From positions 5,376,001 through 5,440,000 of the forward strand of contig OZ253580.1 of the NCBI GenBank assembly GCA_965263035.1: a stretch of 64,000 nucleotides of DNA. Direction: 5' to 3'. Below the pieces are notes generated by a model, which saw only the letters and a program-made list of their open reading frames with translations, had not been told where the DNA came from and searched no databases. Within the stretch, counting starts at the first letter, position 1. Every line of letters begins with the position of its first letter. This DNA comes from Acidobacteriota bacterium. Its GTDB lineage: Bacteria; Acidobacteriota; UBA6911; RPQK01; JAJDTT01. A program made the position numbers and the translations under genes. Below, one piece after another: positions 50,330 to 59,386 of this stretch.

Positions 50330-50739
50330 GCGCCGTAACCCTCGATCCAGACCTCTCCATCCTCGTAATGTTCCTTCTTCCAGATGGGGACCGAGGTCTT
50401 CAGCGTGTCGATGGCGAACCGGCAGGCCTCGAACGCGTCCGCGCGATGGGCCGAGGCGACCGCGATGAAGACGCTGCTCTCTCCGATCTCGAGTCGTCCC
50501 GTTCGATGGACGATGGCCAATCCCTGAAGCGGCCACTTCTCCAGGGCCTGCTTGCGGATCTTGGCCATCTCGGTCTGGGCCATTTCCGGGTAAGCCTCGT
50601 AAAAGAGATGAGTGACCGATTTGCCTAGGGCGTGATCGCGCACGACGCCGTCGAAGGTGACCACCGCACCCGCCTGGGGAGAAGCGACGCTACGGACGAC
50701 CTGATCCCGATCGATGGGAGTCGTGACGAGCTCGATCAC
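50326..50739 (-). CDS. moaE: Molybdopterin synthase catalytic subunit
   Basis: [25 protein letters not shown] and PIWKKE motifs; GTG start overlaps the moaD stop. Confidence 0.93.
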   Translation of the reverse strand: MIELVTTPIDRDQVVRSVASPQAGAVVTFDGVVRDHALGKSVTHLFYEAYPEMAQTEMAKIRKQALEKWPLQGLAIVHRTGRLEIGESSVFIAVASAHRADAFEACRFAIDTLKTSVPIWKKEHYEDGEVWIEGYGA

Positions 50740-50990
50740 ACAGTTCCTCCACTCACGGGGGGGAAGAATGCGATCTCGTCCCCGGGAAAAATCTCCTGAT
50801 TCCAGTCCGAGTACTCTTGGTTGACGGCTACCAGGAGCACCTTCCCGTAGCGCTCCAAGCCGGGAAACTGCTTCGCCAGCCGGCGGAAGACCTGGCGCGC
50901 CGTGTCTCCGGGAGGGACCGAGTCGAGGAGTATCTCGGACTGGCCCACGACGTCTCGGAGGGAGGCGAACAGACAGATCTTGACGACCAC
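50736..50990 (-). CDS. moaD: Molybdopterin synthase sulfur carrier
   Basis: LFASLRD, AVNQEY and GDEIAFFPPVSGG followed by TV. Confidence 0.92.
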   Translation of the reverse strand: MVVKICLFASLRDVVGQSEILLDSVPPGDTARQVFRRLAKQFPGLERYGKVLLVAVNQEYSDWNQEIFPGDEIAFFPPVSGGTV

Positions 50991-51077
50991 AGATGCAGTA
51001 TAGCAGCCGCATCCGGACCAGGGATGCGCGTTGGACGGGGCCTGACAAGGGCAATGATCGCTTCCGTAAAACCTGGG

Positions 51078-51135
51078 AAAGAGAAAAGAGAAAAAAGGAA
51101 AGAGTGAAGAAAGAAGGGTCGTTTACGCGCAGTGG
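51078..51135. repeat. Purine-rich dispersed repeat, copy 1
   Basis: AAAGAGTGAAGAAAG and GTTTACGCG shared with 59170-59231. Confidence 0.55.
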
Positions 51136-51185
51136 GGCGCCAGCCGGTGGGGAGGCTGCTATTCGATTCCCGATTCATGAATAAG

Positions 51186-51238
51186 GGTCAGTTTTTACTA
51201 TCTATAGTAAACTCAAGGTCAGTTTTTACTATCTATAG
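51186..51238. promoter_or_regulatory. Tandem 22-bp direct repeat with an internal palindrome; putative operator
   Basis: GGTCAGTTTTTACTATCTATAG at 51186 and 51217; palindrome TTTACTAT-CT-ATAGTAAA at 51194-51211. Confidence 0.6.
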
Positions 51239-51502
51239 CGAATATTCTGCCAACGGACAGCGTATGATCGGGTTGCAGTCTGCGTGAAACCGCCCTGCGG
51301 CCCGCACGACCCTCCCCAATTTGCGACCCTGATCCAGAACAACTCGATGCCCTGTTTCTTCGCCGACCCCGCCGGGCTCCGGGTGGGGGGGAGTGTCTCT
51401 GAAGGTTCCCGTTCGGTCGCGTTTCCTCGCCTTCGGGCGGAGTCCGGAGCCGGCCGGATACCTTGGCGATTTTCGCCTGGGACTGATAAGATCGCAGGTC
51501 AG

Positions 51503-52810
51503 ATGATGAGGGCGCTGGGCCTGCTACTGCTCCTGTCGACATCGGTTGTGCAAGCCGAAATCGTCAAGGTCGAGATCGACGGCCCCATCGATCCCATCAC
51601 CTCCGAATTCATCACTTCCGCCATCGACCAGGCAGAGGCATCGAATGCTGAATTCCTCTTGATCCGTCTGGCCACGCCGGGCGGCCTCGGCATCTCCATG
51701 CAGGAGATCATCCAGAGCATCCTCAACTCGCCGGTTCCGGTCGTCTGCTTCGTGGCTCCCCAGGGTTCCCGAGCCGCGTCCGCCGGCTTCTTCATCCTGC
51801 TCTCGGCGGATGTCGCCGTCATGGCTCCCGGGACCAATACGGGGGCGGCGCATCCCGTTTTCCCCTTCGGCATGGAGAACAAGATCATGCTGGAGAAGGT
51901 CAAGAACGACGCCGTGGCCGGTTTGAGGGCGATCGTGCAACAGAGGAAGCGCAACTACGAGCTGGCCGAGAAGGGTGTCCTGGAGAGTAAATCCTATACC
52001 GCCCAGGAAGCCTTGGAGGGAGGTCTCATCGACTTGGTGGTGGCCGACCAGAACGCACTCCTGGTGGCGCTTGAGGGAAAGCGGATCCAGCGGTTTTCCG
52101 GAGACTCCCAGGTTCTGACCACCACGGGGCAGGATATTCGGGGCATCGAGATGACGTTCCGGCAGAAGGTGCTCAGCTCCATTGCCAATCCCAACGTCGC
52201 TCTCATTCTGGGGGTGGCGGGCCTCTTGGGGTTGTATTTGGAATTTTCCAGCCCCGGACTGATTCTCCCGGGCATGTTGGGAGGGATCAGTCTGCTCCTG
52301 GCTCTTCTGGGATTCTCATTGCTTCCGGTAAACTACATCGGAATTCTGCTCATCCTTTTGGCCCTGGGTCTGTTCGTGGCCGAGGTCACGGTTCAGGGAT
52401 TCGGGCTCTTGGGCGCCGGAGGAACCGTCGCAATGCTATTGGGCATATTGTTTCTGGTGGACTCCCCCTTTCCCGAACTCCGCATCAGTTTCGAGTTGGC
52501 CCTGGCGGTCGCCATTCCCTTTGCCTTGATCGCCATCCTTCTCCTGCACCTGACCTTGAAGTCGGTGAGATTGAAGGTGTCGACCGGGACGGAGGGGATG
52601 GTGGGAAGTTATGGCGTGGCCCAGACACCCATCGAACCGGATGAAGGACGAGTGCTGGTTGTGGGTGAGCGATGGAACGCGGTATCGGCGGCGCCGATTC
52701 CGAAGGGGGCCAAGGTCAAGGTGGTGGGCGCCAGGAATCTGGTCCTGGTCGTTGAGCCCTATGCCGGGTCGGGAGTATCTTTGGCCATGCCGGCCGAGGA
52801 CGAGGGGTGA
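51503..52810 (+). CDS. nfeD: NfeD-family membrane-bound serine protease
   Basis: TPGG, RAASAG and MAPGTNTGAAHP motifs, TM block, C-terminal OB domain (GERWNAVS); likely ATG at 51503. Confidence 0.9.
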   Translation: MMRALGLLLLLSTSVVQAEIVKVEIDGPIDPITSEFITSAIDQAEASNAEFLLIRLATPGGLGISMQEIIQSILNSPVPVVCFVAPQGSRAASAGFFILLSADVAVMAPGTNTGAAHPVFPFGMENKIMLEKVKNDAVAGLRAIVQQRKRNYELAEKGVLESKSYTAQEALEGGLIDLVVADQNALLVALEGKRIQRFSGDSQVLTTTGQDIRGIEMTFRQKVLSSIANPNVALILGVAGLLGLYLEFSSPGLILPGMLGGISLLLALLGFSLLPVNYIGILLILLALGLFVAEVTVQGFGLLGAGGTVAMLLGILFLVDSPFPELRISFELALAVAIPFALIAILLLHLTLKSVRLKVSTGTEGMVGSYGVAQTPIEPDEGRVLVVGERWNAVSAAPIPKGAKVKVVGARNLVLVVEPYAGSGVSLAMPAEDEG

Positions 52811-52831
52811 GTAGCCCCGGTTGATTTTTTC

Positions 52832-52996
52832 TAGGAGTCTGCGCGGTAGAAATGATCGTAGCGAGAAAGTGGGGAATCGAGGCCAGATTTTCTCGATTTT
52901 GAGGTGCATAGTTGTTCTATTCGCCGAGAAATCGAGGAAATATGGACCGATTCTACCGCTTTCGCAGTAGATCAATTTCTGCGGCGCAGGCTCCTA
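52832..52996. mobile_element. MITE-like long imperfect inverted repeat / structured RNA
   Basis: ~75-bp arms (TAGGAGTCTGCGCGGTAGAAAT... versus ...ATTTCTGCGGCGCAGGCTCCTA), TA at both ends. Confidence 0.65.
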
Positions 52997-53033
52997 ACAT
53001 ATTGCGGGCCTTCCTGCAGGAGTGGAGGTTTCC

Positions 53034-53831
53034 ATGTTTGAGTCTGTATCGTTTACGACTTTGATACTGGTTGGCATCGTCGTTCTCTACGCACTGTCGG
53101 TCATCAACATCCTGAGGGAGTATGAGCGTGGGGTCATCTTCCGCCTGGGTAGACTTCTGCCCGCGGCGAAGGGGCCCGGATTGATCCTGGTTTTCTGGCC
53201 CATTGATCGCATAGAGCGCATCAGCCTGAGGATGGTGGTCATGGACGTCCCGGCCCAGGATGTCATTACCAAGGACAACGTCTCGGTCAAGGTCAACGCC
53301 ATCGTCTATTTTCGAGTCGTCGAGCCGACCAGCGCCGTCGTTTCCGTGGAGAATTATTTGTTCGCCACCTCCCAGCTCTCCCAGACGACCTTGCGCTCGG
53401 TCCTGGGGCAGGTGGAGTTGGATGATCTGTTGAGCAAGCGGGAAGAACTCAACGACCGGCTGCAGTCGATTCTGGATCAACACACCGACCCCTGGGGAAT
53501 CAAGGTGTCCCTGGTGGAGATCAAAACCGTGGACCTTCCGGCGGAGATGCAACGGGCCATGGCTCGGCAGGCCGAAGCCGAGCGGGAGCGGAGAGCCAAG
53601 ATAATCCATGCCCAAGGAGAGTTCCAGGCGGCGGAGCGCCTGAGAGAAGCGGGAGCCACCCTGGCCAAGGAGCCGGTGTCGCTACAGCTCCGCTATCTGT
53701 CCACTCTCTCGGAGATTGCCACCGAGCAGAACTCCACCATCGTGTTCCCCCTCCCCATAGATCTGGTGACTCCCCTGATACAGTTGGCCAAGAAGGCCGG
53801 GGCTCAGAGCGGCGGTGATTCCGAAGATTGA
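53034..53831 (+). CDS. SPFH/stomatin (slipin) family protein
   Basis: [30 protein letters not shown] and [13 protein letters not shown] motifs. Confidence 0.95.
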   Translation: MFESVSFTTLILVGIVVLYALSVINILREYERGVIFRLGRLLPAAKGPGLILVFWPIDRIERISLRMVVMDVPAQDVITKDNVSVKVNAIVYFRVVEPTSAVVSVENYLFATSQLSQTTLRSVLGQVELDDLLSKREELNDRLQSILDQHTDPWGIKVSLVEIKTVDLPAEMQRAMARQAEAERERRAKIIHAQGEFQAAERLREAGATLAKEPVSLQLRYLSTLSEIATEQNSTIVFPLPIDLVTPLIQLAKKAGAQSGGDSED

Positions 53832-54369
53832 TTGGCGAGAGATAGTTCACCTTTATGGGCTCACTCTCCTCACAGTAACTGGATTCTTCCTCCTCGGCCT
53901 CCATGTGGGCCGCAGTTTCCCGGTGGAGACGGAGCCGGCACGTTTAAGGGCGCCGGCAGGGGGCGGCTCCTCCGGGTCCGAATCGAAGCCTCAGTTGGAG
54001 TTCTACGGGCGTCTGAATGACCCGACGACCCGGGGTTCGGATACACCCGGCGCCAAGTCTTCTCCCCTTCCGATACCGGACGCAACAGGCTCCGGCGCCC
54101 TGAGCAACGCGCATGTGCCGCCATCAGGCGCTGGCCGATTCACCGTTCAGATTGCCGCCATGGAGCGGGAAGCGGAGGCGCGGAAGGAGTTGACGCGAGT
54201 TCGGTCCCGGGGATACTTGGCCGAGATACGCCGCCTGGGGCCAAACGATCGTTACTATCGGGTCTGGGTCGGAGACTTTCCCACCAAGGAGCAAGCCGAC
54301 CACTTGGCCGGCCGATTGTACGAAGACGGGTTCCCTACGTTCGTGCGGAGCATGTCCAAATCCCCATGA
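53815..54369 (+). CDS. SPOR domain cell-division protein (FtsN/DedD-like)
   Basis: N-terminal TM, low-complexity linker, FTVQIAA and YYRVWVGDF. Confidence 0.8.
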   Translation: MIPKIDWREIVHLYGLTLLTVTGFFLLGLHVGRSFPVETEPARLRAPAGGGSSGSESKPQLEFYGRLNDPTTRGSDTPGAKSSPLPIPDATGSGALSNAHVPPSGAGRFTVQIAAMEREAEARKELTRVRSRGYLAEIRRLGPNDRYYRVWVGDFPTKEQADHLAGRLYEDGFPTFVRSMSKSP

Positions 54370-55856
54370 ATGGTTGGGCGCTGCGTCCGCTGGTCTCCGG
54401 GGTCGGGATCTGTCTGGCCTTCCCTGGATTTTCTCTCTACCCTCTGGCGTGGGTCGCATTGGCGCCCTACCTCCAATTCCTCCTGGGGACCAGCTCCCGG
54501 CGCCGGGTTCTGGCGGGACATCTGATCTTCTCGTCCCTTTACTTCGGAGGAGTCCTCTACTGGATTCCGCGTGTCCTGGTCGAGTACGGCAATCTGGACT
54601 GGTTCACGTCCGCCCTCGTCTTCGGGCTCATGATCCTGTTGCTGGATCTGTTCCTGCTTCCTTTTTCCCTCCTGACCCACACCGTGGCCCGAAGGTCTGC
54701 AAGCCTCGCTCTCTGGTCGGTTCCGGGCCTGTGGATCTTGACCGAGCTGCTGCGTAACTACTACACCGTAAACGGATTTCCCTGGGCGTTGGTGGGACAG
54801 ACCCAATTCCCCTACCGCTGGATCGTTCAGGTGGCCGATCTGAGCGGCGTCTACCTGATCTCGTTTCTGGTGCTGCTGGGGAATGCAGCTCTGGTGGCGG
54901 TCCTTCGATACCGGAGTTGGAGAATCCCCATCGTTTTCGCACTCTGTTTCGCGGGGGCCAATCTGTATGGGTTGTACCGCTGCCATATCTGGACCCCGCC
55001 GCCCGGCCCAGAACTGCGCGTGGCCCTGGTGCAGCCCCATGTCGGGCTCTTTGCCGATCGCCGGCACTATGCCGGGAAGTACTTCGATGAACTTCCCCGG
55101 CACTACCGGAAGGCGGCTGAAGAAGGAGTCGACTGGGTGATCTTCCCGGAGGCCCAGAACCCCTACCTGTTTGAGACGAACTCCGAATTTCGGGAATTCT
55201 GGCGACGTCAGGTCGAGACGGCGGGCGTGCCCCTTTTGTTGAACGGCACCTCGATTGAACCGCCCCCATCCACCCGCTATTTCAACAGCGTCTACCTCCT
55301 GGAGGGCGGGGAATCGGCGTCCTACCGCTACGACAAGATTCATCTGGTTCCATTCGGAGAGTACGTCCCGATGGCGGAGTGGCTCGAATTCGCCACACCT
55401 CTGGTCCAGGAGGTGGGCGGGTTCCATCCGGGGCGGGAACCTGTCCTCGGTCAGGTTTCCGGGGTCCGGTTCGCGACGCTGATCTGCTTCGAGGGCATTT
55501 TCCCCGAGTTGGCCCGAGACTTTGTCCGGAGCGGGGCGGAAGTCCTGGTCAACATCACGAATGACACTTGGTATGGTGCAACGGCGGCCCCGTTGCAACA
55601 CTTTCAGTTCGGTGCTTTTCGAGCCATCGAACAGCGCCGTCCCCTCCTGCGCTGTGCCAACAGCGGCTTTTCGGCCCACATCGACGCCACGGGTGCGGTT
55701 CGGCGCCAGACCGGTCTCTTCGAGGAGGGCCTGCTGGTCGACACGGTCCATTCGAGTTCCTACCGGTCCATATACTCCCGGGTGGGCGAATGGATTAATA
55801 TGTTTCTGGTCGGCTTGGCGCTTCTCGGTCTGTTTTTCCCTCGGAGGCGGCAATAA
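54366..55856 (+). CDS. lnt: Apolipoprotein N-acyltransferase
   Basis: GFPW, IFPE, YDKIHLVPFGEYVP, ICFE, NITNDTW and RAIE motifs. Confidence 0.95.
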   Translation: MNGWALRPLVSGVGICLAFPGFSLYPLAWVALAPYLQFLLGTSSRRRVLAGHLIFSSLYFGGVLYWIPRVLVEYGNLDWFTSALVFGLMILLLDLFLLPFSLLTHTVARRSASLALWSVPGLWILTELLRNYYTVNGFPWALVGQTQFPYRWIVQVADLSGVYLISFLVLLGNAALVAVLRYRSWRIPIVFALCFAGANLYGLYRCHIWTPPPGPELRVALVQPHVGLFADRRHYAGKYFDELPRHYRKAAEEGVDWVIFPEAQNPYLFETNSEFREFWRRQVETAGVPLLLNGTSIEPPPSTRYFNSVYLLEGGESASYRYDKIHLVPFGEYVPMAEWLEFATPLVQEVGGFHPGREPVLGQVSGVRFATLICFEGIFPELARDFVRSGAEVLVNITNDTWYGATAAPLQHFQFGAFRAIEQRRPLLRCANSGFSAHIDATGAVRRQTGLFEEGLLVDTVHSSSYRSIYSRVGEWINMFLVGLALLGLFFPRRRQ

Positions 55857-55943
55857 GGCGTCGCCGTAAGATCTGATTGAATCGCACCGTCGGGAAAGCG
55901 TCATCGCCGGAATCCGTAGCTTAGATACAGGGAGGTTGTTGCC

Positions 55944-57096
55944 ATGGAGGATATTCAGGAACGCTATCGGGGTCTGAGGGCCAGGGTCGACAACCTGTGG
56001 GAGTATCTTTGACGTCGAAGCCAAGGAAAGGGAATTGGCGCAAATCGAGGAGGTGATCTCGGACCCGGCCTTCTGGACCCGGGCCCAGGAGTCCCAACAC
56101 GTTCTCCGCCGCCGCCGTTACCTGCACCGGAGTCTGGAGTTGTCCCGGAAGTGCGGGAACGGTCTGGAGGACCTGGAGGTGTTGATTGAGCTGGAGAGGG
56201 AGGGGGAGGACGTCCTCGGCGATATCCGGCAACAGGTACGGGACCTCGAGGAACGGCTCTCCAAGGCCGAGTTGAACACGCTCCTCTCAGGCCAGAACGA
56301 CGCCTGTAACGCCATCGTGACCATCCATCCGGGTGCCGGAGGCACCGAGAGCCAGGATTGGGCCCAGATGCTTTTTCGCATGTACCTGAGATGGGCGGAA
56401 AAGCAGGGCTACAAGACGGAGATCGTGGACTTTCAGGAAGGTGAGGAGGCCGGGATCAAGTCGGTGACGTTCCTGGCTCAAGGAGACTACGGGTATGGAT
56501 ACCTGTTGGGTGAGATCGGTGTCCATCGCCTGGTGCGCATCTCTCCCTACGATTCCGCCGCCAGACGCCACACCTCGTTCGCCTCGGTCTTCGTCTCACC
56601 CGAGATCGACGACAGTGTGCAGGTTGTCATCGACGAGAAGGATCTCAAGATCGACACCTACCGGTCCTCCGGTAGCGGCGGGCAGCACGTGAACGTCACG
56701 GATTCGGCCGTCCGCATCACCCATCTGCCGACGGGAATCGTCGTGCAATGCCAGAACGAACGGTCCCAACACCGGAACAAGGACACGGCGATGAAGGTCC
56801 TCAGGGCCAAGATCTACGACTACGAAATGGCGAAGAGGCGGAAGGAACTGGATGAGGTCGAGGACTCCAAGGCCGACATCGCGTGGGGCAGCCAGATTCG
56901 TTCGTACGTGCTGCACCCCTATCGCTTGGTCAAGGACCACCGGACCCGGATCGATATCGGGGACGTGGATTCGGTACTGGACGGGGGAATCGATCGCTTC
57001 ATCGAAGCCTATTTGAAACGGCGTAGCCGAGAGAAGAGCCGGCGCGGGAGAATTTCACGATCCGGAACCTATAATAACGACTCGAAAGGTAGTTAA
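55944..57096 (+). CDS. prfB: Peptide chain release factor 2 with programmed +1 frameshift
   Basis: ATG at 55944; GGGAG-TAT-CTT-TGA-C at ~55999-56013; GGTESQDW, SPY, GGQ and WGSQIRSY motifs. Confidence 0.96.
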
Positions 57097-57102
57097 GTAT
57101 AT

Positions 57103-57831
57103 TTGGTGAAAGCAGACTCTGAACCCCAGGAGAACACTTCACCGGAGGAATTTCCGGAACCGCAAGGTCGGGTCCCGGATGAAGAGTTGCGGGAACAGGC
57201 CCGTAGACTCCGGGTGGCGGTTCGAAAGGACGGAACCGGTCCGTCCGATCCGTCCTTCCTCGGCAAGTTCCTCTACCTGATGTTCTTCATGGGGGTGATG
57301 GTGAGCACCATCTATCTCCTCATGTTCCCCTCCGTCCGGCATGGGTTGGTCCTTCAGGTTTCGGAACTGTGGATGGACGCTGCCCGCGACGTCAACCGGT
57401 CCCACATCTATCGGCTTCCGCCCCCTCCGCCCAAACCCGCCGAGCAGAAGGTGGTCTTCCAGGCCCCCGTCCCGATCGTGTCCGGTTCGAATGTGCCGGA
57501 GGGTGGAACCATCTCTACCGGAGCGAACTCGAGCGGCGGTCCCCGCCAAGCCAAGGCTCTGAAGAAGACTCGAGACTCCGAGACGGCCTACCGGCTGCTC
57601 CTGGAAAAGTCGGCCGCCGCCAAGGATCTTGCGGAGGGAAAGACTCCCGGGCAGGCGTTCAAGGAGTGGAGATTGGTGAAAGACGACGTTCCCGTCTTGT
57701 GGATCGACCTTGTCGCGACTCGGGAGGCGGGTCCGGAAATCCACTTTATCTGGTCGGTGGATCTGGAGACCCGATCCGCAACCGCGTTGAGCCAGGCGGC
57801 ACGGGACCTGGAGCAGCCCGCATCCAATTGA
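57103..57831 (+). CDS. Hypothetical single-pass membrane protein
   Basis: One TM segment and a Pro-rich linker; fills the gap after prfB. Confidence 0.65.
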   Translation: MVKADSEPQENTSPEEFPEPQGRVPDEELREQARRLRVAVRKDGTGPSDPSFLGKFLYLMFFMGVMVSTIYLLMFPSVRHGLVLQVSELWMDAARDVNRSHIYRLPPPPPKPAEQKVVFQAPVPIVSGSNVPEGGTISTGANSSGGPRQAKALKKTRDSETAYRLLLEKSAAAKDLAEGKTPGQAFKEWRLVKDDVPVLWIDLVATREAGPEIHFIWSVDLETRSATALSQAARDLEQPASN

Positions 57832-57834
57832 CGT

Positions 57835-59037
57835 TCATCCAATTGATCGCTTCCGAATCGGTGGCGGAGTGGGTTTGGGTTCCCCTCCGCCCGGCACGAG
57901 ATAGCGCCGCCGGAGTTCATGGGCCAGAACCCGTCCTGTGATGCGGTTCCCCTCGCTGGTGAGATGAGCGAAGTCGAAATAGAGTTCCGATCCGCCGGCT
58001 TGCCGCAGATCGTGAGACAGATCCAGATACGGAATCTGCCGGGATCGACATTGTTCGATGGCTCGATCCATCAGCTTGCGGGCAAAGAGGGCATGCACCG
58101 GAGCGTCTTGCTGGAACACGAAACGGGAGGGGACCAACATGAGGAGAAACGGAATCCGCTCACGCTCAAGTAGATCCCGGATGCCTTCCAACGCCCCAAA
58201 AAGCCTTTTCCAACCGGAGTCGATCCGATGCCGATCCAGGAGAAACTTCTCGTAACCCATGGCGTAGTAGGTCAGGCCCCGGGTGCTGTGGAACGGCTCG
58301 GTGGGACTGATTCGGTACAGAGATTCAAGTATTTTGCGAAGTATAAGCGTGTAAGTATAGGTTTTTTCAAAGAAATAGGGTCCTCGAGACCAAGTTCCCA
58401 GAAGCTGGCCGTCCCAACCCACCACGTACCGGCCGCCGCGGACCCCTCCCGGGAGACCCGCTTCAACCCCTGACGACCAACCGAGCAGAGCCTCGTCGGT
58501 CACGTCGTTGCAGAGTTCGATCTGGACCAATACCAGATCGGGGTTCAGTTCGAGACCTTCCTGATGGATGTAGGCTGCGTAGCTGGAGGGGCTGTAACCT
58601 TGCCCGGACGCGTTGACGACCCGGAAGCGGAAGGCTCCAGGCGGTTTATTGAGTTGCCGTTGCAGAACCTGTCCGTAGCGGTCCCGGGACGGGACGCCGA
58701 GGCCGAATCCGATCGAATCTCCCAGCGAGAGGATACGGAATTCCCCCTCCGGGGGGACGGGGTCCAGAGGCGGCTCGTCGCGGAAACCGTAGGTGTTGGT
58801 GGCGAAGGGTATGTCCCACATGACACCTTCGTAGTCTCCCCTCAAGCGGACCGGCAGGTACCAGGTCTCTTCGGCGTGATCCCGAGGTTCATTGGAGTCC
58901 CCGAGATAGGAGTGGCGGAGCCAAAACTCGGTCGCGAGCAGAATCAGGACGGCTAGAAGCCCGAAGAAGATCAGAGTCAGAAGCAGCAGTCGACTCCGCA
59001 ATTCGTTTCCTGCCTTGGCCGGTGGAATCTCAGACAC
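57835..59037 (-). CDS. SGNH/GDSL hydrolase family protein
   Basis: TM anchor, NTYGFRD, LGDSIGFG and DFAHLTSEGN motifs; start uncertain (ORF open to 59181). Confidence 0.85.
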   Translation of the reverse strand: MSEIPPAKAGNELRSRLLLLTLIFFGLLAVLILLATEFWLRHSYLGDSNEPRDHAEETWYLPVRLRGDYEGVMWDIPFATNTYGFRDEPPLDPVPPEGEFRILSLGDSIGFGLGVPSRDRYGQVLQRQLNKPPGAFRFRVVNASGQGYSPSSYAAYIHQEGLELNPDLVLVQIELCNDVTDEALLGWSSGVEAGLPGGVRGGRYVVGWDGQLLGTWSRGPYFFEKTYTYTLILRKILESLYRISPTEPFHSTRGLTYYAMGYEKFLLDRHRIDSGWKRLFGALEGIRDLLERERIPFLLMLVPSRFVFQQDAPVHALFARKLMDRAIEQCRSRQIPYLDLSHDLRQAGGSELYFDFAHLTSEGNRITGRVLAHELRRRYLVPGGGEPKPTPPPIRKRSIG

Positions 59038-59169
59038 GGAAGTCAGCTTCCGGTTACGGGTAGTCAAGATATGGAATCCAGGGAGACGATTCAAGGGACG
59101 CCGTTGCAGTCGCCTGACCTCCGGCCGACGCAAGTGCTTCGGGAAGCTCCCTTCTCCTCTGAGAAACCG

Positions 59170-59231
59170 AGGAAAGAGCAAAGAGGAACGAGAAAAGAGT
59201 GAAGAAAGGGGCGTAGTTTACGCGTAGCGGG
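59170..59231. repeat. Purine-rich dispersed repeat, copy 2
   Basis: Shares AAAGAGTGAAGAAAG (59194-59208) and GTTTACGCG with 51078-51135. Confidence 0.55.
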
Positions 59232-59386
59232 CACCTCTACCGAAAACGATCTGGTTAAGGATTCTGGAGCCAGATTGTTTCGAAGGCTTGTTTCTTCCAT
59301 GAATCCTCCGGAGCCCAGCCGGTGAGGGAGCTCTCCTCGTTTCTCGCCGTCCGGTGGGCGTCAGCAGACGTTGATAAGATCCGGTC

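Noticed and set aside
50330-51054. Long N-terminal extensions of the mogA and moaE ORFs in the ORF track
   Set aside because: They overlap upstream moa genes; the coupled starts at 50329 and 50739 fit the family lengths
51186-51238. Possible mini CRISPR array
   Set aside because: Only two repeats with a 9-bp spacer and no cas genes
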